Shown here in pieces: positions 1 to 11,417 of a stretch of DNA of 64,000 nt. The position numbers were made by a program, and so were the translations under genes. Source of the DNA: Laetmonice hystrix (Eukaryota). The notes under the pieces are model-generated. The model made no database searches, had not been told where the DNA came from, and was given only the letters and a program-made list of their open reading frames with translations. Within the stretch, counting starts at the first letter, position 1. Each line of letters opens with the position of its first letter. The stretch lies in the NCBI GenBank assembly GCA_965235115.1, contig OZ249440.1, forward strand, positions 33,482,001-33,546,000. The letters are read 5' to 3'.

Positions 1-969
1 ATTTTCATATTCACATAACAAGACTTCTTTTTTAATTTTCCCCCGTTTATTCCCTTGCCAAATAAAATTCCAAATAATGCTGTTTATCATTGTAACCGTT
101 TCTTTAGACATGTGTAAAGCCGATATTACATAATCAAACTTGGATAACATTTTACTAATAGAGTACCACTTTCATTTCCGTATTACCTACATTTATCCCT
201 TTTATTTCTTGTTCCTGTCTAACAACATGCGCTAAGATTTCCATTGCTAGGATGAAGATGTAAGGCAACAGAGGATCTCCCTGCCGTACCCCCCTTTCTA
301 ATTTGAAATAATCTGAGGTGTAACCATCATTAATATTACAGGCTGAGATATCAGTATAAAAGGTTTTTACCAATCGAATAAAGGAAGGGCCAAAATTAAA
401 ATTTTCCATTGTTTTTATCGTGAATTTCCAATTTAAGGAATCAAAAGCCTTTTCAAAATCCGTGCATAGTATTAAACCTGGAATGTCCTCGCTTTCCATA
501 TATTCTATGAGGTCTAACACCAGTCTCACACTATCCCCAATAGATCTTCCCTCAACATAACCCGTCTGATTATGGTGTATTATATCCGGCAATACCTTTT
601 TCATTCTATATGCTATTACTTTAGTCATGAGTTTATAATCTGTATTCAGAAGTGAAATCGGACGCCAATTTTTAAGTGATAACCTATCCTTTCCTTATCA
701 ATCAGGGTTATTACAGCTTGCCTTTGAGATACGGGTAAAATTTGGTTGTAATAGCTTTTATTGTAACAAGATACTAATATATCTCTTATGTCATTCCAGA
801 AGTATTTGTAAAATTCTGTTGTAAGCCCATCATTCCCTGGTGATTTGTTGTTTTTTAAGGGTTTTTAAAACAGTTTTACACTCATCATCAGTTATTAGTC
901 CCTCACAGCTTTCTTTCTGTTCCAATGATACATCTTCCAAATCGAGTTGTGTTATCTTCTCTTTATAGA
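1..969 (-). pseudogene. L1/Tx1-type LINE ORF2, reverse-transcriptase part (disrupted; continues off the window start)
   Basis: ORF 155..628 has RT motifs QTGYVEGRSI, DFEKAFDS and RGVRQGDPL; stops and frameshifts around it. The reading continues across the 970-6028 insertion (ENFYKE|KITQLD). Confidence 0.9.
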
Positions 970-1475
970 GCCCCGTGGGGACCGGGGTAAGAATGTTCCC
1001 CAGCCCCCCTGGCTGTTCGTAAGAGGTGAATAAATGGGGCGACTTGTTTGCCGTGAGTCGAGATTCGTGTCGGTGGAGGAAGAGGTCCTGGTACCTTAGG
1101 ACGGTGAATCGCTGCGGCTTTTCACAGGTCCAACACGGTGCTTCGGCTCCTACTTCACCTAGACGGGAGGTTGGAGAGGCCCGATCCAATCAATCGGCTG
1201 GTCACGCCTTGCCCCAGGATTTTTTGTATTGAGTACCCTTTACAGTGGATTTAATTCTCTTATACAATAGACAACATCTATCGTAACTATTTCTTCTTTA
1301 TTCCTAGAAGGCGGTGGCTTAGGGTCAATCAAGTAATGGCAACACCCTCTTTCGTTCCATTGCTTGAGTATACCAACCCTATATCCTTGGTTTGCAACTG
1401 CTGGTTACCGCAACTCTGCACTTCCCCTTGTTGGGCTCCGTGGAGGGTGGGGAATAGGGTTGGTGAAACACAAAT

Positions 1476-2747
1476 ATGGCATCAAACAATCCCCCAAAAA
1501 GAAAACTACTGAAACTAACAGACTCTGACTCGGACCGGTCTATGGAGAATGAACACATGACGGAATGGCCTCGTTTTATCATTGTTGAATCGGCAGAAGC
1601 TGAACGACCAATATCTAAGCTATCCCCTTTTGCCATACATAAAGGCATATTGGGGATAGCTGGAACAGTCAAAGATTGTAAACGTTTGAGGTCTGGCCAA
1701 CTTTTGGTGGAGTGTGCCACGAAGGCCCAATCTGCAAACCTGCTGAGTGCCACAGTACTCGCAGGTTACAGTATTAAGGCCTCTCGTCACCGGACGCTCA
1801 ACTCAAGCAAGGGTGTTATTAGAACAAACTCTCTTGACACTACAACTGAACAGGAGATCCTTGCTGGGTTGAGCTGGCAAGGTGTGTCGGAAGTCAGAAG
1901 ATTGATAGTGAAACGAGATGGTAACACCATCAAGACACACACATATTTTCTGACATTCGACAGGCCCACGAGATTGGCTTTCTGAAGGTAAAAGTCGATC
2001 CCTATATCCCAAATCCTCTGCGTTGCTTTAAGTGCCAGAGGTTTGGGGCATGGGACCGACTCATGTAGAAATGAACAAAAATGTTCTCAGTGCGCTGAAA
2101 CAGGACATGACCATACAAGCTGTGAAAAGCCTGCTAAATGTGCCAACTGCGGGCAAGGTCATTCCACTGTTTCACGCGAATGCTCCGTGTGGAAAAAGGA
2201 GAAAGAAATCCTAAAGGTTAAAACAGAGAGAAAACTTAGTTTCCCTGAGGCACGCAAATTGGTAGAGCAATATTTGCTTCCACCAACAGTTAAAACCTAT
2301 GCTGCCGCTGTTAAGCCTACCACACAGACTTTCGCTTGTCAAACGATGGTGTAGGTCAAGGGGGACAAACCTGTGACCTACCCTGATCCCACTGACAGCA
2401 CAAATGAACCACCTAAGAAAGCCGTCTCGAGTCACCAAAAAAAACCTCAACACAGAGGCAGACAACCTCGGTTCCTCCTCCACAGGCCGGGCCGAGTACC
2501 AAAGAACCATCTCCGAAAAAAGATCAACCAAGTACTAAAGAGCCATCTACAAAAAAAGATCAACCAAAAAAGAAAATAATGACAGATCGGCTGCCCAAGG
2601 CTGCCTCCAACAATAGTGCAATAGCACTTACAAACAAATTTCAGCATCTTCAAGATGTTGAAATGGCTGATGCTACGACTTGTCGTAGTCGCAGCCTTTC
2701 CCCCAAAATAAAATCTAGGGGGCGTTTGCCTGTTAAACCACCTAGAT
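1476..2747 (+). pseudogene. I-clade ORF1 (gag-like, three CCHC knuckles), frameshifted
   Basis: Near-identical to the intact ORF1 at 24584..25843; deletion/frameshift at ~1970, stop at 2352, further indels. Confidence 0.92.
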
Positions 2748-5700
2748 GGCAGGCAAATGCTTCCTTCAATGGAATTGTCGAGGTTTTAGAGCCAATTTTA
2801 ATGAGCTCAGACTTTTAGCGGAGGGCCTCGATCCTCTTGCCCTTTGTCTACAAGAAACATTTCTTACTGCCCGAGACAAAGTCTCATTTAAGGGCTATCA
2901 GACTTTCCTTGGTTTTGCACCAGATGGTGACCGTGCTGCTGGCGGCACTGCCATTCTGGTTCGACAAGACCTCGTCCATAGCCCTGTAACAATAGACACA
3001 CCGTTCCAAGCAATAGCTATTCGCCTAACTCTGCATAAAGCCATCACTATCTGTTCCATATATATTCCGCCAAACAGTGTCTTGACCCAGCAGGATCTTG
3101 ATGATCTCATGGGTCAACTACCATCCCCGTATCTCCTTTTGGGAGACTTTAACGGCCACAATCCCTTATGGGGTGGCACCACAACTGATGGCAAGGGCAA
3201 GAGGATTGAAGAGTTCATTGATAATCATGCTCTATGCATTAATGATGGTTCAAACACATACCAACATCCTGGTCATGGCACCTATACAGCCATTGACCTT
3301 GCAATAGCTGAGCCAGATCTGCTGCTGGATTTCTCTTGGAGGGTCTGGGATGACCTTTGCGGGAGTGACCACTTTCCCACCATCCTTACCTATGAAGGAC
3401 CCAACATAGGGGAAAAACAACAAAGGTGGCAACTTAAGAAAGCTGACTGGCACTCCTTCCAGACCCTCTGTCGGGAGGAATTCAGAGCAGACACCATTAA
3501 CGATCCTGAAGCAATGGATGATTTTACCTCGCTTTTAATCTCCATTGCAGACAGGACAGTTCCTAAAACCTCGACAATTCCTAAACGAAGTTTGCTATAT
3601 CTACAGAGCTTTAATCCGGTCGAAGCTCGATTACGGTAGCATAGTTTATGGTTCTGCTTGTAAGTCTTACATTCGGCTTTTGGACACGGTTCACCACCAG
3701 GGTTTGCGGCTTTCACTTGGGGCTTTTAGAACGTCCCCTGTTCAGAGCCTCTATGTGGAGGCCCGAGAGCCATCGCTTGACAACAGGCGTCTGAAGCTGG
3801 CTCTGCAGTATGCAGTCAAGCTCAGGACAAACAGTTCAAATCCAGCTTACAATTGCTTTTTTTTACCCTCAGTTCCAACATTTATATGAAAGAAAGGAAA
3901 CGTACATACATCCTTTTGGAGTGAGAGTGAAACCTCATCTAGAGGAACTGGATATTGATCTGAACGTCCTGGGGCAGACACATTTCTGCAACATTCCTCC
4001 TTGGGACCTGGAAAAGCCTGACGTCATTCTTCAGTTGGCTAAACTGAAGAAGTCAGAGACTCATCCCCTGACATATTTTGAACATTTTCTTGACGTCCAG
4101 GCAAGGTATCCCTCACATTATGCCTTCTATACTGATGGCTCAAAGGATGGCAGTGATGTGTCTGCGGCTGCAGTTCAAACACATACCTACATCCTGGTCA
4201 TGGCACCTATACAGCCATTGACCTTGCAATAGCTGAGCCAGATCTGCTGCTGGATTTCTCTTGGAGGGTCTGGGATGACCTTTGCGGGAGTGACCACTTT
4301 CCCACCATCCTTACCTATGAAGGACCCAACATAGGGGAAAAACAACAAAGGTGGCAACTTAAGAAAGCTGACTGGCACTCCTTCCAGACCCTCTGTCGGG
4401 AGGAATTCAGAGCAGACACCATTAACGATCCTGAAGCAATGGATGATTTTACCTCGCTTTTAATCTCCATTGCAGACAGGACAGTTCCTAAAACCTCGAC
4501 AATTCCTAAACGAAGTTTGCTATATCTACAGAGCTTTAATCCGGTCGAAGCTCGATTACGGTAGCATAGTTTATGGTTCTGCTTGTAAGTCTTACATTCG
4601 GCTTTTGGACACGGTTCACCACCAGGGTTTGCGGCTTTCACTTGGGGCTTTTAGAACGTCCCCTGTTCAGAGCCTCTATGTGGAGGCCCGAGAGCCATCG
4701 CTTGACAACAGGCGTCTGAAGCTGGCTCTGCAGTATGCAGTCAAGCTCAGGACAAACAGTTCAAATCCAGCTTACAATTGCTTTTTTTTACCCTCAGTTC
4801 CAACATTTATATGAAAGAAAGGAAACGTACATACATCCTTTTGGAGTGAGAGTGAAACCTCATCTAGAGGAACTGGATATTGATCTGAACGTCCTGGGGC
4901 AGACACATTTCTGCAACATTCCTCCTTGGGACCTGGAAAAGCCTGACGTCATTCTTCAGTTGGCTAAACTGAAGAAGTCAGAGACTCATCCCCTGACATA
5001 TTTTGAACATTTTCTTGACGTCCAGGCAAGGTATCCCTCACATTATGCCTTCTATACTGATGGCTCAAAGGATGGCAGTGATGTGTCTGCGGCTGCAGTT
5101 CATGGTAAGCACAACTTCGGCACCCGCATCTCAGGGCAAAGTTCCATCTTCTCAGCAGAGGCCCGGGCCCTGCTTCTTGCCCTTCAAAATATTGAAGTTT
5201 CTAGTGAAAAGGATTTCCTCATTTTCTCGGATTCCTTATCCTGTCTGCAAGCACTTGCTAACTTGAACACAGATCACCCAGTGATCGTTCAAATCTTGTC
5301 CAAGTTGGCAGTGCTTGCCAATGCAAACTTTGATATTCACTTTTGCTGGGTGCCTGGTCATGTTGGCATCCCGGGCAGTGAGCAAGCTGACAGAACTGCC
5401 AAGAGGGCTCTTGAAACAGACGTCGAACTGTGTCCAATTCCAGCCTCTGACCTCAGACCTACCATCTGGGCTTACATTAAGAACAAATGGCAGGCTGAAT
5501 GGGATGAACAACCAAACAATAAATTGTATCAGATCAGTCCTGTCGTGAGCCAAAGGTGTCTTCACGGCCTAACCCAATGTAGGCATGAAATTGTTTATAC
5601 TCGATGCAGGATTGGTCATTCTAGATTAACCCACGTGTTTTTATTAAAGGGGGAGCTACCTCCAGAGTGTCATGGCTGTCAGTGTCCTTTGACACTGAAG

Positions 5701-5844
5701 CATGTTTTACTTGAGTGTGGTGATTTTACTCTGATCAGACAACGATTTTATAGTGAGACAAGTCTTAAGGATCTTTTTAACAATGTCAGACCAGGAGTGA
5801 TTTCAGAGTTTTTGTCAGAAGCTGGACTTCTGATTCTTTTATAG
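2746..5844 (+). pseudogene. I-clade ORF2 remnant: APE endonuclease, RNase H and C-terminal CCHC; RT core missing
   Basis: QWNCRG, LQET, GDFNGH and SDHFP (APE); jump from TSTIPK to YRALIRSK at ~3587-3601; YTDGSK, AEARA, FSDSLS and WVPGHVGI (RNase H). Confidence 0.92.
3248..5097 (+). repeat. 925-bp direct tandem duplication inside the I-clade copy
   Basis: Units 3248-4172 and 4173-5097 give identical duplicated ORFs (3545/4470, 3390/4315); GTTCA microhomology at 3248, 4173 and 5098. Confidence 0.95.
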
Positions 5845-6028
5845 TTCAGTCTCGTTGATAGCGCAGTTGGGCTGACAGGATGGAGTGTGTTTAATGATTT
5901 TCCTGTTGGGGCCCGGGATAAAATAGGTTCCTTTCATTTCATGGTCTTTTAACCCTGTTTTCGCCGTGAAGATGGCCCTGGATGCCGGCACGGCGGAAAA
6001 CCACTACTACTCACTCACTCACTCACTC

Positions 6029-7158
6029 TCTCTTTATAGAAATTTTCATAAAAACGGTTTTCTTCTAATAAAATTGCTTTTGGGTCTATTATATAGTTTC
6101 TGGGTGTAACTTCTAATTTACGAATATGTTTCTTGATAGAATTTCTCTTCTCTAAGTTTATAAAATACTTGGTGTTCCTTTCTCCCTCCTCATACCACTT
6201 TGCCTTTGTTCTCAGAATAGTTCCTCTAGCCTTTTCTGTGTCTATTTTTTCACTCTCTTTTCGTATAGACTCGTATTCTAGAAGGTTGTTCTCACTCAGG
6301 TTTTCCTCTAGTTCTTTCAGCTTTTGTATTAATTCCTCCTCCTTAGACCTTTGTTTCTGAGCACGTTGTTTTGAATATATCCTCGTGTCCATTCTAATAT
6401 TATATTTTATATAGTCCCAGGCTTTTGACACATCTTCCCAGTACATAGTTTCTTGTTTCAGGCGACATAACTTCTGTTTCATCATATTCGTATAATGTGG
6501 ATCTGCTATTAAGCTCGAATTAAATTTCCAATATCCCTTCCCTCTTGGTTGTACTTTTATCTGGTCTACTAAAAGTGTTATGGCGGAATGATCGGTGTAT
6601 TTACCAGGAATAATCTTTGTAGATTCAATGCTATCATGTAAATTTTGGGATATTAAGAAAAAGTCTAGTCTACATTGTATAAGTGGTGTCTTTTGTCTCC
6701 AGGTGTATCTTTTTAAATTGGGTCACGCTGTGGGATTTCTGATTCTCCAAATATCCTGAACTTCAAAAGTTGTTTAATGTCCTCAATTACTCTTAAAACG
6801 GGTTCTTTAAGGCTGCAACTACCTCCTTTTTTGTCAATTTGTTCCTGCACTATATTAAAATCTCCTATTATTATACTCGATTCTGCAGATACATCTATAT
6901 CTCCCCCTCTATATCGATGTCTAACCCATTTCTAATCAAAATGATAGTCCCTCTGCTATGATTGGTTTCAAAACTACTCTTCATCATACCTCCCCATTCA
7001 TTTCTCCATGCATTTTCTGATGTTAATGTACAGTATGACTATGTTTCTTGTAGAAATATTATATCAGCATTTTTATTTGTAATCCAACTAAACACAGCTC
7101 CTCTAACATGTTTGTCATTTAAACCTTTAAAATTTAATGAAATTACTTTAAAGCTCAT
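6029..7158 (-). pseudogene. L1/Tx1-type LINE ORF2, N-terminal APE endonuclease and linker (disrupted)
   Basis: ATG at 7158 reads MSFKVISLNFKGL...ADIIFLQET; later GDFN, YTWRQKTPLIQCRLDFFLIS, TDHSAI, GKGYWKFN and WYEEGERNTKYFINLEK, all typical of L1/Tx1 ORF2. Confidence 0.9.
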
Positions 7159-7470
7159 TTCAGATTTTAACTAATGTACTAATACAAAATGTCCTCACAA
7201 TAGAATGTCTGCATATGATACAGCATACGACATAGATTCGCCTTTCATGACTAAACTGCCCTATTATACGGTGCAGTTCGACCCTACTCACACACATAAT
7301 ACAACATAATACAAACATACAACATAAACAAAAGTACACATCCACAAGTGGGGTAACTAACGACAAGGGGGGGGGGGATATATTTAAACGTACAGATTGA
7401 CGGCTCTCTGGGTCACTTTTGCGAAACCTCACTACCAAAGCATAATTTGCACAAATATTTAAAGCACTCC

Positions 7471-8141
7471 TCAAAATGCACTCTGAAGTTTTGGTCAGAG
7501 TTCGGTGAGGGCTTTGCCGAGTTCATTTCTCCCCTGCCAGTGTTCTGGTGAGGATCTCATTGCCTGCTTAATGCCTAGTCCTATGCCCCAGAAGGTATCC
7601 TTTGGGGAACATTCCACCAGAGACTTTCCTTCCGTAGAGAGAAGTACCTGGCGCAGATGGGCATTTTGTTTGAACTTTGCAAGCAGCGCTTCCTGCATTA
7701 CCTGCTGCCTCCGGCCTTCCGTCCACGCATTTCCATCTGTTTTAATGGACTTTCCCAGAGCGAGCATCTTCGCGGGGTCATCAGCAGTCATGATGCGCAT
7801 TTCCATTTGATGGTCACCACTTTCTGCAGCTTACTGGCTTGGTAACATTGCTCTACACAAGTGTATGTCTGACCATTCAGATTAAAGGGAGATGGAAAGA
7901 AGTTTGAGAAAGGCAAAGTTGCCCTGGGTGGAGATGGAGTGTCTCCACCGTGTATTTCTGTCCATTCACTATCAGTTTGTCTCCAACCAAAGAACTCCTT
8001 AAGTTGATCTTCTTTGCAGTATTTTGAATGGGCCTCAAGACCTGCCTGCGATTTTTAATTTCAATTGGGAAATCCTCTTCAAGCCAATATTTCTTTGTAC
8101 CCTTAAGGTTGAATCTGTGCTTCCAGACTTCCAATAATTTC
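7471..8141 (-). pseudogene. L1/Tx1 ORF1 C-terminal domain fused to a NADAR (YbiA-like) domain; 5' part of ORF1 lost
   Basis: 8141-7922 gives WLEEDFPIEIKNRRQVLRP...DKLIVNGQKY (L1-ORF1-CTD-like). It is followed by (C)PFSNFFPSPFNLNGQTYTCVEQCYQASK and ...AKFKQNAHLRQVLLSTEGKSLVECSPKDTFWGIGL...WQGRNELGKAL (NADAR). Two 1-nt frameshifts (~7920, ~7830). Same strand as, and ~310 bp upstream of, the ORF2 ATG. Confidence 0.8.
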
Positions 8142-8151
8142 CTGTGCTTCC

Positions 8152-9081
8152 AATAATTGTTTATTCTCTCATTTGCCCTATCCACATGTATTCGAGACCT
8201 GGCTATTTTCCTACAGAACTGTACCCCGGCAGGGGTATACTGAGACTTGCCAACCAAAAATGGTGGAATGTTAAAGGGGCATATTATGAGAAAACATGAA
8301 AAATCGGTATTTCAAAGAACTTTGGCTGTTTTCATAAGAGATCCTTCATTAAAATTGCTTGGTAAACAAAGACAGACTTATCAGTTTCATTTTACGTGAG
8401 AAATCGAAGTTTATGAAGCTCCCTTGCCCGCTTGTCTGCCAATTTCGCAAAATATTTTTTGGGTGGTATTCTGATGCCAGGCGATCAAGTGCAACTGCTG
8501 ATTTTGTTTACATCTAAGCAAAGCACGTGACTAAGCACATGCAGAGAGTGCACATGCAGGATGTGACGCAGTAGGCGATTATACGGGTTGATGGGAGGTT
8601 GTCTACTAAATTATGGCGGGAGATGTGCTATTGGGAGAAATCTATAGGTTTGGTCGTATAGAACCTACTTGTGCTGCATACGCAGCGAAAACATGTCGGA
8701 GGACAAAATGCTGTGGTAGGATTATTTACTTGGATCCCTAGTACACGGTCATGTTGGATAATTGCCGGAAATCCTCCAAAACGTGTTTCATAGCATGCCC
8801 CTTTTAGGTGAACACCTGGTGGCAACAATCGGTGAACTGTGAAACCTTTATCAGCTAAAATCATATCGCCAGGTTCCATCTGATCAAGGAGACAACAATG
8901 TTCAACAATGGCAACGTCTGAACAACTTCCAGGATATAATTTACTTGCAAAGACTATTGCTCCATTTGGGGCCACTCCTGTCACACTTTATACAGTGTGT
9001 GTTTTTGTATGCACTGTATGTCTGTCCCTGTAAGTTCATGTCACTTCCAGGCACATCCTGTGCAATTTCTGTGGCATCTAT
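8152..9081 (-). pseudogene. DDE_Tnp_4-type (ISL2EU/PIF-Harbinger group) transposase catalytic region, split by a MITE
   Basis: IDATEI...QTYSAYK, GVAPNGAIVFASKLYPGSCSD, ILADKGF, GVHL|NIPPFL and IARSRIHVDRANERI. Confidence 0.85.
8275..8802. mobile_element. Non-autonomous Kolobok-like element (TTAA/TTTA target)
   Basis: Imperfect TIR AGGGGCATATTATGA / TCATAGCATGCCCCT; flanked by TTAA (8271-74) and TTTA (8803-06); removing it restores GVHLNIPP. Confidence 0.75.
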
Positions 9082-10790
9082 TTTTTTTTTTTTTTTTTTT
9101 TTAATTTCGTTTATTTACCCTGGAAAAGTTTTCGGTACAAGGTGGCACCGGTTTTTAAAACCGTCCAGCACAAAACTTACATATATACATATTGACACAT
9201 TACTATAATAATATATATACATACACATATGGGGAGATATAGTAGGAGTGATATTAATGAGATGAAGAATGAGATAAGACGGATGTGACTGGTTAAAACT
9301 TTTACCTAGGTATCACAGTATGCTACAAGATTCAAAGGTAGTTCAGATATTTACTTCTCAGTAATCTTTTTTGGGCATTTTTAAAACATGCAATTTTAGA
9401 AATCTTTTTCAGGTTGACGTCCATATCGTTCCACATAACTGCACCTTTATAGATGACACTTCTTTTGAATGCCTCAATGTTGGGACGCGGAACTATAAAG
9501 GTTTTATAATCATGAAGCCTGGTAGGGAGAACTCTGGTGTCAATGTAAACCGGATCGTTTTTTCTTTGATACATAAGGTTTAACAAGTGTGCATTACGTC
9601 TATCTTCAAGGAAATTCATTTTTGCTCTTGAGTGGACTTCGAGTGTACTGGTTTCCTGCGGCAGGTTAAGGCATAACTTTAGTCCTCTGTTTTGGAGCCT
9701 TTGTAGTTTATTCAGGTGCCGCTGGTTGGTGCTGGTGTAAAGGATGTCACCATATTCAATGTAGGGGAGGACCATTGTTTTGTATAGCATTAGTCGTACA
9801 TCAGTAGTAAGGTATGGACGCAGCTTTGTCAAAAGGAACAGTTTGTGACTGACCTTTTTGATTGTAAGAGATATATGCTTTTCAAAAGTCAGAGATCTGT
9901 CTAGCGTGATGCCAAGATATTTGTAGGTATGAACCGTGTCTAGGAGGGTATTTGCTATTTTAAGTGCAGGACTGGGAAGGATCTTAACTTTCTGAGGGGA
10001 AGCAAGGGTCATTATTTTAGTTTTTTTAGTATTTATGGTTAGGCAATTTTTATTGCACCAGGTACTCAAGATATCCAGGTCTTCTTGAAGAAGTAGGGTC
10101 ATTTGATCAAAGTCAGATCCGGAAATATACATCATAGTGTCATCAGCATGAAGTTTCACAGAAGAGTTGACAACATGGGAAGAGATATCGTTGACATAAC
10201 ACAAAAATAAGAGTGGACCCAAGATTGATCCTTGTGGTACACCACAGGAGATAGTCGATGAGTTAGACACCAAATTATTAACGTAGACTGATTGTGTTCG
10301 TTCACTTAAGTAATTTCGCATCCATGCAACTGCATTTTTAGAGAGACCCAGGCATGAAAGCTTTTTTAACAGTATATTGTGATTAACTGTATCAAAAGCC
10401 TTTTTAAAGTCTATAAATACAGCCAGCGTAGCTTGCGAGTTGTTCATGGCTGAATAGATATCATCTGTTACTTTTGAGATGGTTGAGATTGTAGAAAGGC
10501 CTTTCCTGAAGCCACCTTGATCAGGGTTTAATAAATTATTAGAATTAAGGTAATCCATTAGTTGTTCATGTATTATGTTTTCAAGTAGTTTACCTGGCAG
10601 CGGTAAGAGTGAAATAGGTCTCAAGTTGTTTACATCATGACAGTTACCTTCTTTTTGTAGTGGAATGACAGTAGCTGATTTCCACGCCTTGGGAATCGTT
10701 TTAGTAGTAATAGATAGGTTGAAGAGAAAAGTTAACATAGGAACGAGGACAGAGAAGGCATCTTTTAGGACCCACGTGGAAAGGTGGTTT
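9082..10790 (-). mobile_element. CR1/L2-group (Crack-like) LINE, 5'-truncated, poly(A) tail
   Basis: Open RT frame 9332..~10790 (RPISLLP, DFKKAFDTV, GVPQGSILGP, HADD in place of YADD, YKYLG); poly(T) run at 9082-9102 on the + strand. Confidence 0.88.
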
Positions 10791-11417
10791 ATGCACCGCA
10801 AAAAATTAACTTTCTTACCCAAGAAAATAATATTTTTTTTCCTCTTTCCAGTAAGTTTTTCTTAAATATAGAAATGTTTGTAATTCAATTTCTACTTTTC
10901 TTGTTTTGGACCAGAAAGCTTTCTGGTCTAAGAATATTTAAGAAAAGAAATCTTGCCCAAGAAATAATATCCCAACTAAGGAAAATCAGTCGGAGTTGAG
11001 TTGAGTTGAGTGTGGTTGGTGAAATTCTTTGGAAAGCAAGTGATCCGGCCCTGTAGGGCAGTAGATAAGGGCCGCCTGCTTTAATAGGCCTATATTTCGA
11101 GATAGACCTACATTTTATTCATCCATATGCTTACCGCGTTAATTTTTTCACATAAAAGGCCAATGTAATAGGCATGGCCCACACAGGTTTAGGCAGAAGT
11201 AATATGGGGTTGAAGTGGGGGTCGGTTACAACCATGGGCGTCGCTAGGTTTTCCACTTTTGATATGTGGTAGCCCCTCCGCCCTCATAAGGTAACATGTT
11301 ATTCATTTGAACCTATGAACCTATTTTTTTTTTGGGGGGGGGGGTGCGGTTCCGGTCAACCCGCTGCCCCGCCCGCCCCGTCCCCCCGACTACACCTTGG
11401 CCAGAAACATTTGAGGC

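Larger units (their letters stand above)
970..6028 (+). mobile_element. I-clade (I/Nimb-like) non-LTR retrotransposon with both ends present but RT domain deleted
   Basis: 12-bp TSD TCTCTTTATAGA at 958-969 and 6029-6040; (ACTC)n tail; 5' end matches the 5' end of the copy at 26358. Confidence 0.95.

Noticed and set aside
830..1189. ORF 830..1189 and its twin 26138..26632 as genes
   Set aside because: These are antisense readings of the I-element 5' UTR running into flanking sequence (L1 ORF2 or the Myb exon).
7495..7806. NADAR as a bacterial ybiA gene (contamination or recent HGT)
   Set aside because: It is continuous with an L1-ORF1-like segment, precedes a LINE ORF2, is decayed like its neighbours and has no bacterial gene context.
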